Positions 10,318-19,029 of a stretch of 64,000 nt of DNA are shown here, piece after piece. The DNA is taken from assembly GCA_965223265.1 (NCBI GenBank), contig OZ244999.1, positions 6,112,001-6,176,000 of the forward strand, written 5' to 3'. This stretch comes from Planctomycetota bacterium (GTDB lineage Bacteria; Planctomycetota; UBA8108; SXIK01). The notes beneath the pieces were generated by a model. That model had not been told where the DNA came from. It searched no databases and worked only from the letters and a program-made list of their open reading frames with translations. Both the position numbers and the translations under genes were made by a program. Every line of letters starts with the position of its first letter. Position 1 is the stretch's first letter.

Positions 10318-12984
10318 TCACTCCCCCACGTCCACCTCGACGTGCGTCGTCTCACCGGCAGCGACCTCGGCGCTGCCGCGCCAGACGACATGGCCTCGGC
10401 TTCTCACGACGACTCGGTACTTGCCGCTTTCGATCGTCGCGGCGAAGACGCTCCAGCGCTCGCCGCTTGCGTGCGGCGGCAAGTAAAGGCGCGCTCCATC
10501 TCTTCCGCGGCTCTGGCACTCGACCTCCGCTTCCGGGAGCGGCCGGCCTTCAGCGTCCGCAACGGAAAGACGCAAGACGCCGCGGCGTTCGAGGTCGATC
10601 GAGATCGACTGCGTAGCTCTCGCCAATTCGCTAGCGACGCGAGCCTTGTCATCGACAACTTCATCGTCAACTCCCCCCTCGCCCAAGGCATCCTCCTCGC
10701 CGCCATCGATCTCAAGCTCGATCGGCGGCGCGAGCGGATACTCAAGCTCCGGCAGCACAAGCTCATAGCGTCCCGGCACCAGACCTTCGAACGTGAACCT
10801 GCCATCTTCCGAAACTCTCGTCTCGCCGCTTCGATCTGCCCCCTCGAGACGCACTTTCGACACGTTATATATAGAGGCACCTGCAATCTCCCCGCTCAGG
10901 CTCTTAAGCCCCACCACGAACTGGACTTCGGGCATCGATGTCGCTGTGATGCTCAATCGCTCGAATAACTCCCAAACAGTAGGGCCCAGAATGCTGACGA
11001 CGTAGTCCCCCGGCGCGTGGCGGAACATCAAAACGCCGTCCTCTCGGGTCTTGCCGCGAAGGAACGCGGAGCCGGCAAATTGAACGAGCCTCACGACCGG
11101 CTTGCCGGCCGGATCAACGAAGCGTGTGGGGACGACGGCCGTCGGCGCTTTGCCGAGAACGACGTTCAGCGCTTCACCTTCCCCAAGCGTTGCGGTCACG
11201 TGATGGACAAACGGATTCCCGGCGCCCTTTGGCCTCTCGATCTCGAACCTGCACTCCGCCGCGGGAAGATGCGTGAAGACGCAGACGCCTTCGGCGTTCG
11301 TCGTCTCGGAGATGGCGTCGCCTGCAAACCTGCAGGTGACCTCGACGCCTTCTTGCAGTTTGCTCTCGGGATCGTAGACGCGCACAGTCACCTCGCCGCT
11401 TGGCGGTGCCGACGGCTGAAGCCATACCGTGTTGAGTCCTTCAAGGTCGACACTCCGAAGCGATGTGCTTTCGTATCCGTACGCTGCAACGTCGAGATCG
11501 TAGGCGCCTGCTCGAAGACCGCGAAACGTGCAAAAACCTTCTGCGTTCGAAACACTTCGGATGCGCTGGTAGGTGTTCTTCTCTTCGATGCGGGTCTTGG
11601 CCATGACTGCCGCTCGTGCGATCGATTCGCCCGTGACGGCGTCCTTCAGTGCAATCTGCGCCCTCAGCCGCGACCTCAAGACGATCTCAACCTTGCGGTT
11701 CTCCCCAAGTTCAGCGCGAAAGCGAGCGCGGCTCAGCCGCGGGTACTCATCGGCATACACCCGCGCAGTGAGATCGACGCCAATGAAACGCTCCGAAAGA
11801 AAACGCAAGCGCCGCGGGTTCCTCTCTGCGAGGTTGTACGTGTCGAGACGAAGCGCGATCTCATCGCCGCGCACAAGACCTTGGTCCGGACCTGGCACCA
11901 TGCCCGGACCGTAGAGTGTGACAGTTCCGTGACGGACCGGGACGTCCTCTTCGTCAACGACGTGAAGCTCGACCGACGCGAGCACGTTCGGTGGCTTGTT
12001 CTCTTCGACCGCTGCTGTCTCACCGCTTTCAGCTTCAGGCTCGGCGGCCGCAGCAGGCCTCGGCACCGGCGGCGCTTCAACGCTGTGCGCGACGGCTGGT
12101 GTTACCTGCGCCACTGGCTCACTCGCGGCCTGTGACTCAACCGCCGTGGGCTCCGGTGCGCCTGCAACGCCCGCGCGCTGCTTCAAGTCACGCTCGACCA
12201 TGCGCCACACCGCCGTGAAGATGAGAGAAGCAAGCAGCGCCGAAACCAAAAACAGCTTTGCCGCTTGAACCGAAGCGCCCGCGGGCAGCCGCTCGCGCGG
12301 GCGATTTCTGAGAGGTACCGAGTCAGGCGCGGGCGTAGCGTCGCTCCAGCTGCGGGCGATCTGATCGAGCCGTGCGGCGAGCGCCTTCGGGACTTCCGCT
12401 GCGCTCACCTTCATCTTCTCGTAGAGCGGATGCAGCACCGCCGCGATGAGAGCGAAGCGCGCCGGACTGAGTTTTTGACGTAGTGTCTTCGTGCCGGCTG
12501 CTATGCGATAGAGTACCGTGCGCCGATTTCGGTCGATCGCTTCAGCGATGGAATCGATCGATTGCCCCTCGAGGTAGCGCCTCTCAACGCACTCGCGGTG
12601 GGCGGGAGGGAGCGACTCGATCGCTTCGTAGATCACCGCCAGATCGAGAGGTGAGAGCCCGATGGGCGAGGAGGCATTCTCCACCACGTCTGGCGCCAGA
12701 ATCTCGTAGTGCCTTCTCGCCTCGCTCCGCTTTTTCGTGCGCGCGACCGACAGCGTCAGCGATGTCACGAAGCCGAGGCCGCTGCGGATCTTGTGGTCTT
12801 GCCAGCGGCTGGCGTCGCACAGCAGCAGGAACACATCTTGCGTGACGTCCTCGGCGAGCGCGTCATCCTTCAGCACCCGCGCCGCCAACACGTAGACGTG
12901 ATCGCGCAGCTCCTCAACAACGCTGCGAAAGCGCTGGCTCGTCGGTGCTTCAAGGTAAAGTGCGAGAACGTCTTTAGATTTCAT
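10318..12984 (-). CDS. ECF sigma factor fused to a TM helix and extracytoplasmic carboxypeptidase-regulatory-like beta-sandwich repeats
   Basis: Sigma2 (LAEDVTQDVFL) and sigma4 (LPPAHRECVERRYLEGQSIDSIAEAI). TM around aa 244-260. Repeats such as SNAEGFCTFRGLRAGAYDLDV and DGRFTFEGLVPGRYEL. Confidence 0.85.
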   Translation of the reverse strand: MKSKDVLALYLEAPTSQRFRSVVEELRDHVYVLAARVLKDDALAEDVTQDVFLLLCDASRWQDHKIRSGLGFVTSLTLSVARTKKRSEARRHYEILAPDVVENASSPIGLSPLDLAVIYEAIESLPPAHRECVERRYLEGQSIDSIAEAIDRNRRTVLYRIAAGTKTLRQKLSPARFALIAAVLHPLYEKMKVSAAEVPKALAARLDQIARSWSDATPAPDSVPLRNRPRERLPAGASVQAAKLFLVSALLASLIFTAVWRMVERDLKQRAGVAGAPEPTAVESQAASEPVAQVTPAVAHSVEAPPVPRPAAAAEPEAESGETAAVEENKPPNVLASVELHVVDEEDVPVRHGTVTLYGPGMVPGPDQGLVRGDEIALRLDTYNLAERNPRRLRFLSERFIGVDLTARVYADEYPRLSRARFRAELGENRKVEIVLRSRLRAQIALKDAVTGESIARAAVMAKTRIEEKNTYQRIRSVSNAEGFCTFRGLRAGAYDLDVAAYGYESTSLRSVDLEGLNTVWLQPSAPPSGEVTVRVYDPESKLQEGVEVTCRFAGDAISETTNAEGVCVFTHLPAAECRFEIERPKGAGNPFVHHVTATLGEGEALNVVLGKAPTAVVPTRFVDPAGKPVVRLVQFAGSAFLRGKTREDGVLMFRHAPGDYVVSILGPTVWELFERLSITATSMPEVQFVVGLKSLSGEIAGASIYNVSKVRLEGADRSGETRVSEDGRFTFEGLVPGRYELVLPELEYPLAPPIELEIDGGEEDALGEGGVDDEVVDDKARVASELARATQSISIDLERRGVLRLSVADAEGRPLPEAEVECQSRGRDGARLYLPPHASGERWSVFAATIESGKYRVVVRSRGHVVWRGSAEVAAGETTHVEVDVGE

Positions 12985-13098
12985 TTCGTTCGTTTCGTTT
13001 TCACCGCCTTACGATTCGGCTTCGCTCGCGCGCTTGCTGGAGGATCGGGGCGATCGCTCCACGCCCAGTCCAAGCCGTCGAGAAGAGGGCGCGATCGA

Positions 13099-13371
13099 TC
13101 AGTTCAAAAGCGTGTAGTACAAAATCAAAGCCTGAATGATGAGTCCGAGCACGCCGAGAATGACAACGAACGCCCAGCTCACCTGGCTGCTGACCAGCCG
13201 GATGTGCTCGCGGTTCGTCACCACTTGGCTCGGGATGCTTTGGCCATTTCCGTGGATGAGCTTTCGCATCGCCTCGAGCTGCGTCTCGATTTTCGCGGCG
13301 CGCGTCTTGAGCGCCGAGACCTCGAGCGCGAGGCCGCCTTCATCGCTTTGACCGTTCATGCTGCGCGTCAT
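13099..13371 (-). CDS. Small coiled-coil protein with C-terminal TM (phage holin/XhlA-like architecture)
   Basis: Coiled coil, then IHGNG, then a C-terminal hydrophobic helix. GGAGG upstream. Confidence 0.55.
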   Translation of the reverse strand: MTRSMNGQSDEGGLALEVSALKTRAAKIETQLEAMRKLIHGNGQSIPSQVVTNREHIRLVSSQVSWAFVVILGVLGLIIQALILYYTLLN

Positions 13372-13699
13372 ACCCTTGAGTTTTCACCTCCGTCTCTCCA
13401 ATGTACTTCAAAAGGAAGAGCCGGCACCGGGCGCTATTGTGTGGTCGTCTCCCAGTGCCAACTCTTTCATGCAGGTCTACTTGTCTTTAGTGGTCGCAGT
13501 TACGTTTTTTTAGTGTTTCTTCACCTCCTTTCTCCGGGCGACCGACCCCACCTGTAGCCGGTCGCCCGAGTGACTCTGGAGCATCACTTCAATCACACCC
13601 GTGATCTCCTCGCTCCCTGCGTGCGGCTGAAAAGGTCCCGCCCTCCTCCCCGTCCCGTGCCGACGCCAGCGGTCGCCGCCGGTGTGGGACTGCACCGTT

Positions 13700-14122
13700 T
13701 CATCCGCGCCTCGCGCGCGCACCTCCAAGCTCGAACGAGCCAACCTCGGCTTCATGGATCCACGCACTGGAGCGCTCACCGGTGAGCTGCCAGATGCGAA
13801 TCGGCCGCAGGCGCCGGCGCCACCCGGCGCGTTTCACTCGCCACGGCATCGCGCTCCACTCGCGGCCGCGAAAGACGTTGCCGAGCAGCGGCCCGAGCGC
13901 CGAGCCGTCAACGCCATGCTCTTCCATCGCCGCGATGACGTCGTCGACGGTGCAGAGCCTCAGCGAGTGGCTGAGCGCACGTTCGGCGGCGACGCTTCGC
14001 GCCAAGGTCAAAAGTTCATTGGGCGCGACGGGTCGACGCGCACGAGCGCGGCGAAGCACTCGCACCTCGGGGCGCACTCTCGAGCGGCTCTGCCGGCAGG
14101 CGGTGCGCGCTTTGGACTGCAT
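13700..14122 (-). CDS. Phage-type hypothetical protein (possible wHTH)
   Basis: AAGGAG RBS. Pattern ARSVA..TVDDV..LGNVFRGREW..RPIRIWQL resembles small phage DNA-binding proteins. Confidence 0.5.
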   Translation of the reverse strand: MQSKARTACRQSRSRVRPEVRVLRRARARRPVAPNELLTLARSVAAERALSHSLRLCTVDDVIAAMEEHGVDGSALGPLLGNVFRGREWSAMPWRVKRAGWRRRLRPIRIWQLTGERSSAWIHEAEVGSFELGGARARRG

Positions 14123-14165
14123 TCTCTCACTCCTTCTCAAAGGGCCAACTGATGAAAAACTGTTC

Positions 14166-14203
14166 TCCACCTCTTAGTTGCCGCTCGAGGGAGTTAGGTG
14201 ATG
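14166..14203 (-). promoter_or_regulatory. Bipartite promoter-like motif, copy A (CATCACCT-N12-CGGCAACTAAGAGGTGGA)
   Basis: Same motif at 18722-18749 (-), 18961-18999 (+) and partially at 37474-37491 (+), each upstream of a gene in the same orientation. Confidence 0.65.
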
Positions 14204-14290
14204 TGGAAAATCGAAAAAACGCGAAAAAACTTTCCGCACGCGGTCATCGAAGCAGTTTCATGGCGTGCGAAGTGGGCAGAGAGTGGCCGC

Positions 14291-14467
14291 GGGACCGCTA
14301 CGCGGGCTCAGGGGAACGCTACGGAAGTCGGTTTTGGCATAGCGGTCCCCGCGGGCGAGCTCGTAAGGTTCGCATGCAAAGGAGTTTGTGATGACGTAGG
14401 CCCGCTGGGACCGCTGGGACCGCTACGCGCGCATATACCCGCTGAAATCCGCGGCGATGTGACACAC
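14291..14467. repeat. Iteron block 1 (GGGACCGC/GCGGTCCC); imperfect direct repeat of 18099-18227
   Basis: Octamers at 14291, 14342, 14407 and 14416. ~128 bp aligns by eye with 18099-18227. Confidence 0.85.
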
Positions 14468-15356
14468 GGTCTTTGGGGCGTTGGTGGGCTCTGTGTGCAG
14501 GATTGCGTTTGGTGCGGATTTCTCGTGCGGTAGTGGTCGCCCGCGGTGATCTTGCCGCGCGGAGGCGAACAACTCGAGCTGCTACGGGTCGGCAGCGCGG
14601 TGGCGCACGTGTTCGTCGCTGTCGGGGAACAATCGAGTCACGCTGGCCATCATGCTGACGCGGGCAACCGCACCGTGCTCTCGGCAAATCAACGAAAGCG
14701 TGTGTCCGGATGACGTGCTGGGCAACAGTCGCATAATGGGGTGCTCAACCCCGGAGAGCCCCTCGCAACTTCTCCTTCAACTCGGACAAAAGTCGAGACT
14801 TCTCAGCTTCATACGAAGCTCGGCCGAATTCTTCGGGGAGTTTCGCTGTCCCCAGAACGAAGATTCCCGTGGGTGTGTGGACGACTCTGAGCCGGTTTCC
14901 TCGTCCGAGTCCAAGCCAACTCGAGGATGTGCGAGTCGTCGACAATCCTGAACTCCTTGTCGAGGCTTTCATGACGACGCTCTCAAGAGCCAGATATCTT
15001 CCACAGAACGACGGCGAGCTGCGTCACGCTTGGCGAGACGTGACGCTTCACGCCGCCCTCTGAAGAACCTGTTGCGCTGCCCCGCTCGAAGCCAGACGGG
15101 CGATTTCGAGGCGAGATCGCGACTCACCTCGAGAACAGACGGAGCCATGCCGCCAGGAATACCATCAGGCAACCCGCGAGGCAAATGGTCGTGCCTGATC
15201 CGAGCCAGCAGAGGGTTGTGTGAAGCGCCCACGCAACGCATAGATGGCGCCCGTCCCTACAACGTCCGGTCAGAAGTTTTCTATTCGTGCTCGAGGACCG
15301 AGACCGTGAGACGATCGCCGATCGACTGGAAGGTCGTGCAACGTGGGGTGAACACC

Positions 15357-16037
15357 TCAGCGCGAGCCATCGACGCCTCTCTTGACGATCGAGTCGATGA
15401 CCTGAGACACGCCGAAACTCAATTCCGGATGATTATCTCGATACTCAAGCAGTGCCGGAAGTGCATCCGTAGCTTTCTCGCCCAGATTCTCAAGTGCCAA
15501 CAAGGTATACAGTAACGTGCATAGATCTTGACGTTTACGTCTCAGCTGCCTCACAAAAGCATCTACGACTATCTTCTCCGAGGCTCCCATTCGGTATAAC
15601 GTGTGCAGAGCCTGCGCGCGCATCTGAAAGTTGGAGTCCTCCACCGCTTCCACCAAAGCACGTAAAGAGGCGTCTCCGATATTCTCGAGCGCTCGAGCTG
15701 CATAGTGTATTTCCATGTACCTTCCGCCATGCCCCTCAGGAATCAAGATAAAGTGCCACAGATCGTCTACTTCGCCTGGAAGCTCACTGAAGTCTCGGAG
15801 CGGATCTGGCTCTCTTCGTACGACGTTGAGCAATTCAGGAACAGACTTCACAGACTTCAGATCGCCCAGAACCTCTGCGGCCCACCGCCTGCTTTCTTCG
15901 TTTTCAGCCTGAAGACATCGAATACACCACCACTCCCAGAACATGCCCTTGCACGCGAAAACCAACAAAACACCAGCGACGACCCCCACACCAACGGCAC
16001 ACCTACGACGCAACACGTCGTCTCGCTTCCCGCTCAT
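15357..16037 (-). CDS. HEAT-repeat protein with N-terminal TM
   Basis: Repeats RRWAAEVLGDL, YAARALENIG, MRAQALHTLYRMG, ALENLGEKATDALPAL. Confidence 0.8.
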   Translation of the reverse strand: MSGKRDDVLRRRCAVGVGVVAGVLLVFACKGMFWEWWCIRCLQAENEESRRWAAEVLGDLKSVKSVPELLNVVRREPDPLRDFSELPGEVDDLWHFILIPEGHGGRYMEIHYAARALENIGDASLRALVEAVEDSNFQMRAQALHTLYRMGASEKIVVDAFVRQLRRKRQDLCTLLYTLLALENLGEKATDALPALLEYRDNHPELSFGVSQVIDSIVKRGVDGSR

Positions 16038-16786
16038 ACACAGAACCGTAGGACTCTTCAGGCCATCAGGCGACTCGCTATATCATATCCATCATTCGCC
16101 AGAACGTGCCACTTTCACCACTTGGATCACCGCTGCCGACCTCGTGCGGACCTAAAGAATTCAAGGTTTTCCACCTTTTAGTCCCGGCGAATCTACTTGT
16201 GGCTGAGCTGCGGACAGTCGTCGTCACGCTGGTTTCTGTCGACATCTATACATCTATGCACCGCCGATCAGCGCGTCGCTTAAGTTCTCCGTGACACAGA
16301 TAGCTCTGTACGCACCGCGCAGAGACACCGAACGCCATGCGATCAAGCGATGACAAATCCGACAGCGCACCAGGCCAAGCAGAACGAAGCCCTTCGAATG
16401 TTCGCTCCGCGATTCTGATCGTGATAGCGATCGTTTCTCTGTTTCTCTCGCCTCTCGATTCTTTTCCGACGTCGATTGGGTCGGGGTTTTCGTTTCATCT
16501 CCGTCGAGTATTGCATGTGCTTTTGGTCTGGTTTGGATCATGCTCAAGGTCGTTGCGGCTTCCTCGAACGGAATCATCAAACCCCGCCCGCGGGACATTT
16601 TTGACGGCGCCGTATGTTTGGTTGGATCGACCATGTGGTGGGGGTTGGTCTTTCCGACGTAGAGACGTTCCCTCGATGAACGAGGCACCGCCGTACTCCT
16701 CACCATGCGATCACAACCCCCTTTGCGGTTCGGGGAAACACGGCAACGCAACGGGCAAAGTCCTTGTCCGGGGGTAGAATGCACGC

Positions 16787-17683
16787 ATGAAGGCCAAAGG
16801 GCGAAACGCTGTAATCGTCGGAGGGCTCTTGGCCCTCGCCCTCACGGCGGTTCTCATGGGCTACTGGCGGGAGATTCGGGTGTGGTATCTGCTCGTGACC
16901 CGCTTCGAGAGACTTCCGCACAATGAGCAAGGGTACCCGGAGTACCAGCACAGCGATACAGGGGTAGTGTTCGTATGGCTGCCAGGTGGAACGTTTCTCA
17001 TGGGAACGTCACCGGAACAACGCCAGGCCTATCTCAGCACCATGGCGGAAATGTCCAGCGCCAACAACATAGCCGTGACCCGGCAAAACTCGCTGGATGA
17101 GACTCCTCAAAGAGCGGTGACTGTGAGTTCATTCCTTATCGCGAAGTACGAGGTTAGCCAGGCAGAGTGGGAACGCATAATGGGAAGCAATCCTGCGCGA
17201 TTCAAAGGAGAAACCCTCCCTGTGGAGCAAGTATCCTGGCAGGAGTGCGTGGATTTCTGTGAGAAAATAGATCTCTCGCTTCCGACTGAAGCGCAATGGG
17301 AATACGCCTGCCGGGCGGGGACGAACACACTTTTTGCTTTCGGCAACACGCGACCCAGCAAGGCGCAGGTCAACTACGACAATTATATGACGGTTGAGGT
17401 CGAGGCAGTGCCCAATGACTTTGGTCTCCACAACACACATGGCAACGTTGCCGAATGGTGCGCGGACTTTTACGACCCGAATCGGTACGAGAAACTTCAG
17501 GAGGGGGCAACGGACCCCATCAGCAGTTCTCGTCCCGCCGGCAGCAACGACCTCCGGGTCATCCGAGGCGGCACCTGGAACTACGGTTGGTTTTACTGCT
17601 ATTCGGCTCTCCGTAGATATGGCCCACCGGACGACTACGTAGGTGCTGAGATAGGGTTCCGCCCTGTCTACAATCTCAAGTAG
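16787..17683 (+). CDS. SUMF1/FGE-sulfatase-fold (C-type-lectin-like) protein with N-terminal TM
   Basis: Motifs LPGGTFLMG, KYEVSQAEW, PVEQVSW, LPTEAQWEYACRAG, PNDFGLHNTHGNVAEWC, RGGTW, IGFRPV. Confidence 0.9.
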   Translation: MKAKGRNAVIVGGLLALALTAVLMGYWREIRVWYLLVTRFERLPHNEQGYPEYQHSDTGVVFVWLPGGTFLMGTSPEQRQAYLSTMAEMSSANNIAVTRQNSLDETPQRAVTVSSFLIAKYEVSQAEWERIMGSNPARFKGETLPVEQVSWQECVDFCEKIDLSLPTEAQWEYACRAGTNTLFAFGNTRPSKAQVNYDNYMTVEVEAVPNDFGLHNTHGNVAEWCADFYDPNRYEKLQEGATDPISSSRPAGSNDLRVIRGGTWNYGWFYCYSALRRYGPPDDYVGAEIGFRPVYNLK

Positions 17684-17877
17684 ACCGGTGCCTGGGACCA
17701 TACATCTGTGCTCGTCGAGCGACCAAGTCGCACGACATGTCGGTCTGCCGGTCGACCGCCCAGAGTGAGCATCGTCGCTGCTTGCTCACCAACAGCCACC
17801 ACCGCTCACCGCCGAGCGGTCGCTCACGCTCAGACCGCCACCAGCCAAACAATCAAACAATCCCCACACGAAGATGT

Positions 17878-18227
17878 GTGTGTCACATCGTCACCCCGAA
17901 CCGGGGTGTCTATGCGCGCGTAGCGGTCCCAGCGGTCCCAGCGGTCCCGCGGCTCATCTAAGTTCTTTGCGCATCGCACCTTGAGATGACGGCCATTCAA
18001 CATCCGTAGCGGTCCCAGCGGTCCCCTGGCGATCTGTAGCGGTCCCGTGGGCTAACCTCAGGCCCCGCTACGGGGACCGCTACAGCGCGCGTCTGGCGTA
18101 GCGGTCCCCCATCGCGCGCTCATAAAATTCGTATGCAAAGTAGTTTACGATGGCGCAGGCCCGTTGGGACCGCTGGGACCGCTACGCGCGCATAGACACC
18201 TCTGAAATCCGTCGCGATGTGACACAC
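17878..18227. repeat. Iteron block 2: ~350-bp unit with terminal inverted repeats and 10 GCGGTCCC/GGGACCGC octamers (ori-like)
   Basis: Perfect 36-bp IR 17905-17940 / 18165-18200. Outer IR GTGTGTCACATCG 17878-17890 / 18215-18227. Confidence 0.85.
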
Positions 18228-18330
18228 TCTCTCTCGGAGACTCTGCCGAGCCGTGCGCTGCCGATTGCACCTCACGCAAACTTCTTGCGTGGTTGCATCT
18301 GTTGTCGAACATCACGGGACGCGGCCTCGA

Positions 18331-18579
18331 TCAACTGCGCGCCCGACATCGCCTCAGCGCGATGTATCGCCGCACCTCCTCCGGCTCGAAGAGGAGTCTG
18401 CGCTCGGAGCGGATCACCGCAAGCTCGCCTCGCCGAATGCGCCGCCAAAGCGTCGTCTTCGAGACGCGCAGAATCTCGCACACCTCTGTTGAGCGCAGGA
18501 GCGGCTCGATCTTCTCTCCGGCTACCGCGCCGCCGGCGAGCGACTTCAGCGTCCGCCTCTCCATGTCGTTCGTTCCCAT
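18331..18579 (-). CDS. Excisionase/AlpA-like HTH DNA-binding protein
   Basis: LLRSTEVCEILRVSKTTLWRRIRRGEL..RLLF; GGAGG RBS. Confidence 0.85.
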   Translation of the reverse strand: MGTNDMERRTLKSLAGGAVAGEKIEPLLRSTEVCEILRVSKTTLWRRIRRGELAVIRSERRLLFEPEEVRRYIALRRCRARS

Positions 18580-18721
18580 ACGTCCTCCAGTTGCGGGTCT
18601 CAGCGCCCTTCGGTTCTACGCGCGCTTGATCGCCTGCGATTCGCTGCTCGCGCACTCCCGATCGCCGCGCCGGCTTCAACGTCGAAGCTTTAAAAAGCAC
18701 GGCCAGCGCCTCCTACATGTC

Positions 18722-18749
18722 AGTTGCCGCAAACTGGCGTTAGGTGATG
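18722..18749 (-). promoter_or_regulatory. Bipartite promoter-like motif, copy B
   Basis: rc reads CATCACCT-AACGCCAGTTTG-CGGCAACT upstream of the HTH gene. Confidence 0.6.
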
Positions 18750-18960
18750 CGAAAAATCGAGAAAATGTGAACCTCTTTGAACCGCCCTGCGATTCCTCGT
18801 CCGCACCGCACGCTGCGCGGTCCGCCCTCGCACTCGCCGCGGCTCGCTGTGCTCGCCACTCACCTCGAGTCGCTCGGGAGAACTCAACGCGACTCGGGCG
18901 GCCTTGAGCGGACTCAAAAGTCGACTTCACCAGCGCATTCGAAAATTTTTCCAGAATTCA

Positions 18961-18999
18961 CATCACCTCAGGGGCTACTTCCGGCAACTAAGAGGTGGA
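18961..18999 (+). promoter_or_regulatory. Bipartite promoter-like motif, copy C
   Basis: CATCACCT-N13-CGGCAACTAAGAGGTGGA just upstream of the likely primase-helicase start. Confidence 0.65.
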
Positions 19000-19029
19000 G
19001 AATCTTTTTCTCTGCACGCTCGTGAACCC

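Noticed and set aside
9493-12135. Long plus-strand ORFs (491 and 372 aa)
   Set aside because: Antisense shadows of the motif-bearing minus-strand genes in GC-rich DNA.
14745-15241. Two small overlapping ORFs as a TA pair
   Set aside because: No recognisable toxin or antitoxin motifs; coding status unsupported.
16787-17683. FGE/C-type-lectin protein as a DGR target
   Set aside because: No template repeat of its 3' end and no reverse transcriptase seen in the window; the Avd-like gene is 43 kb away with no RT.
17878-18227. CRISPR array
   Set aside because: Repeats are 8-9 nt, in both orientations and irregularly spaced; no cas genes.
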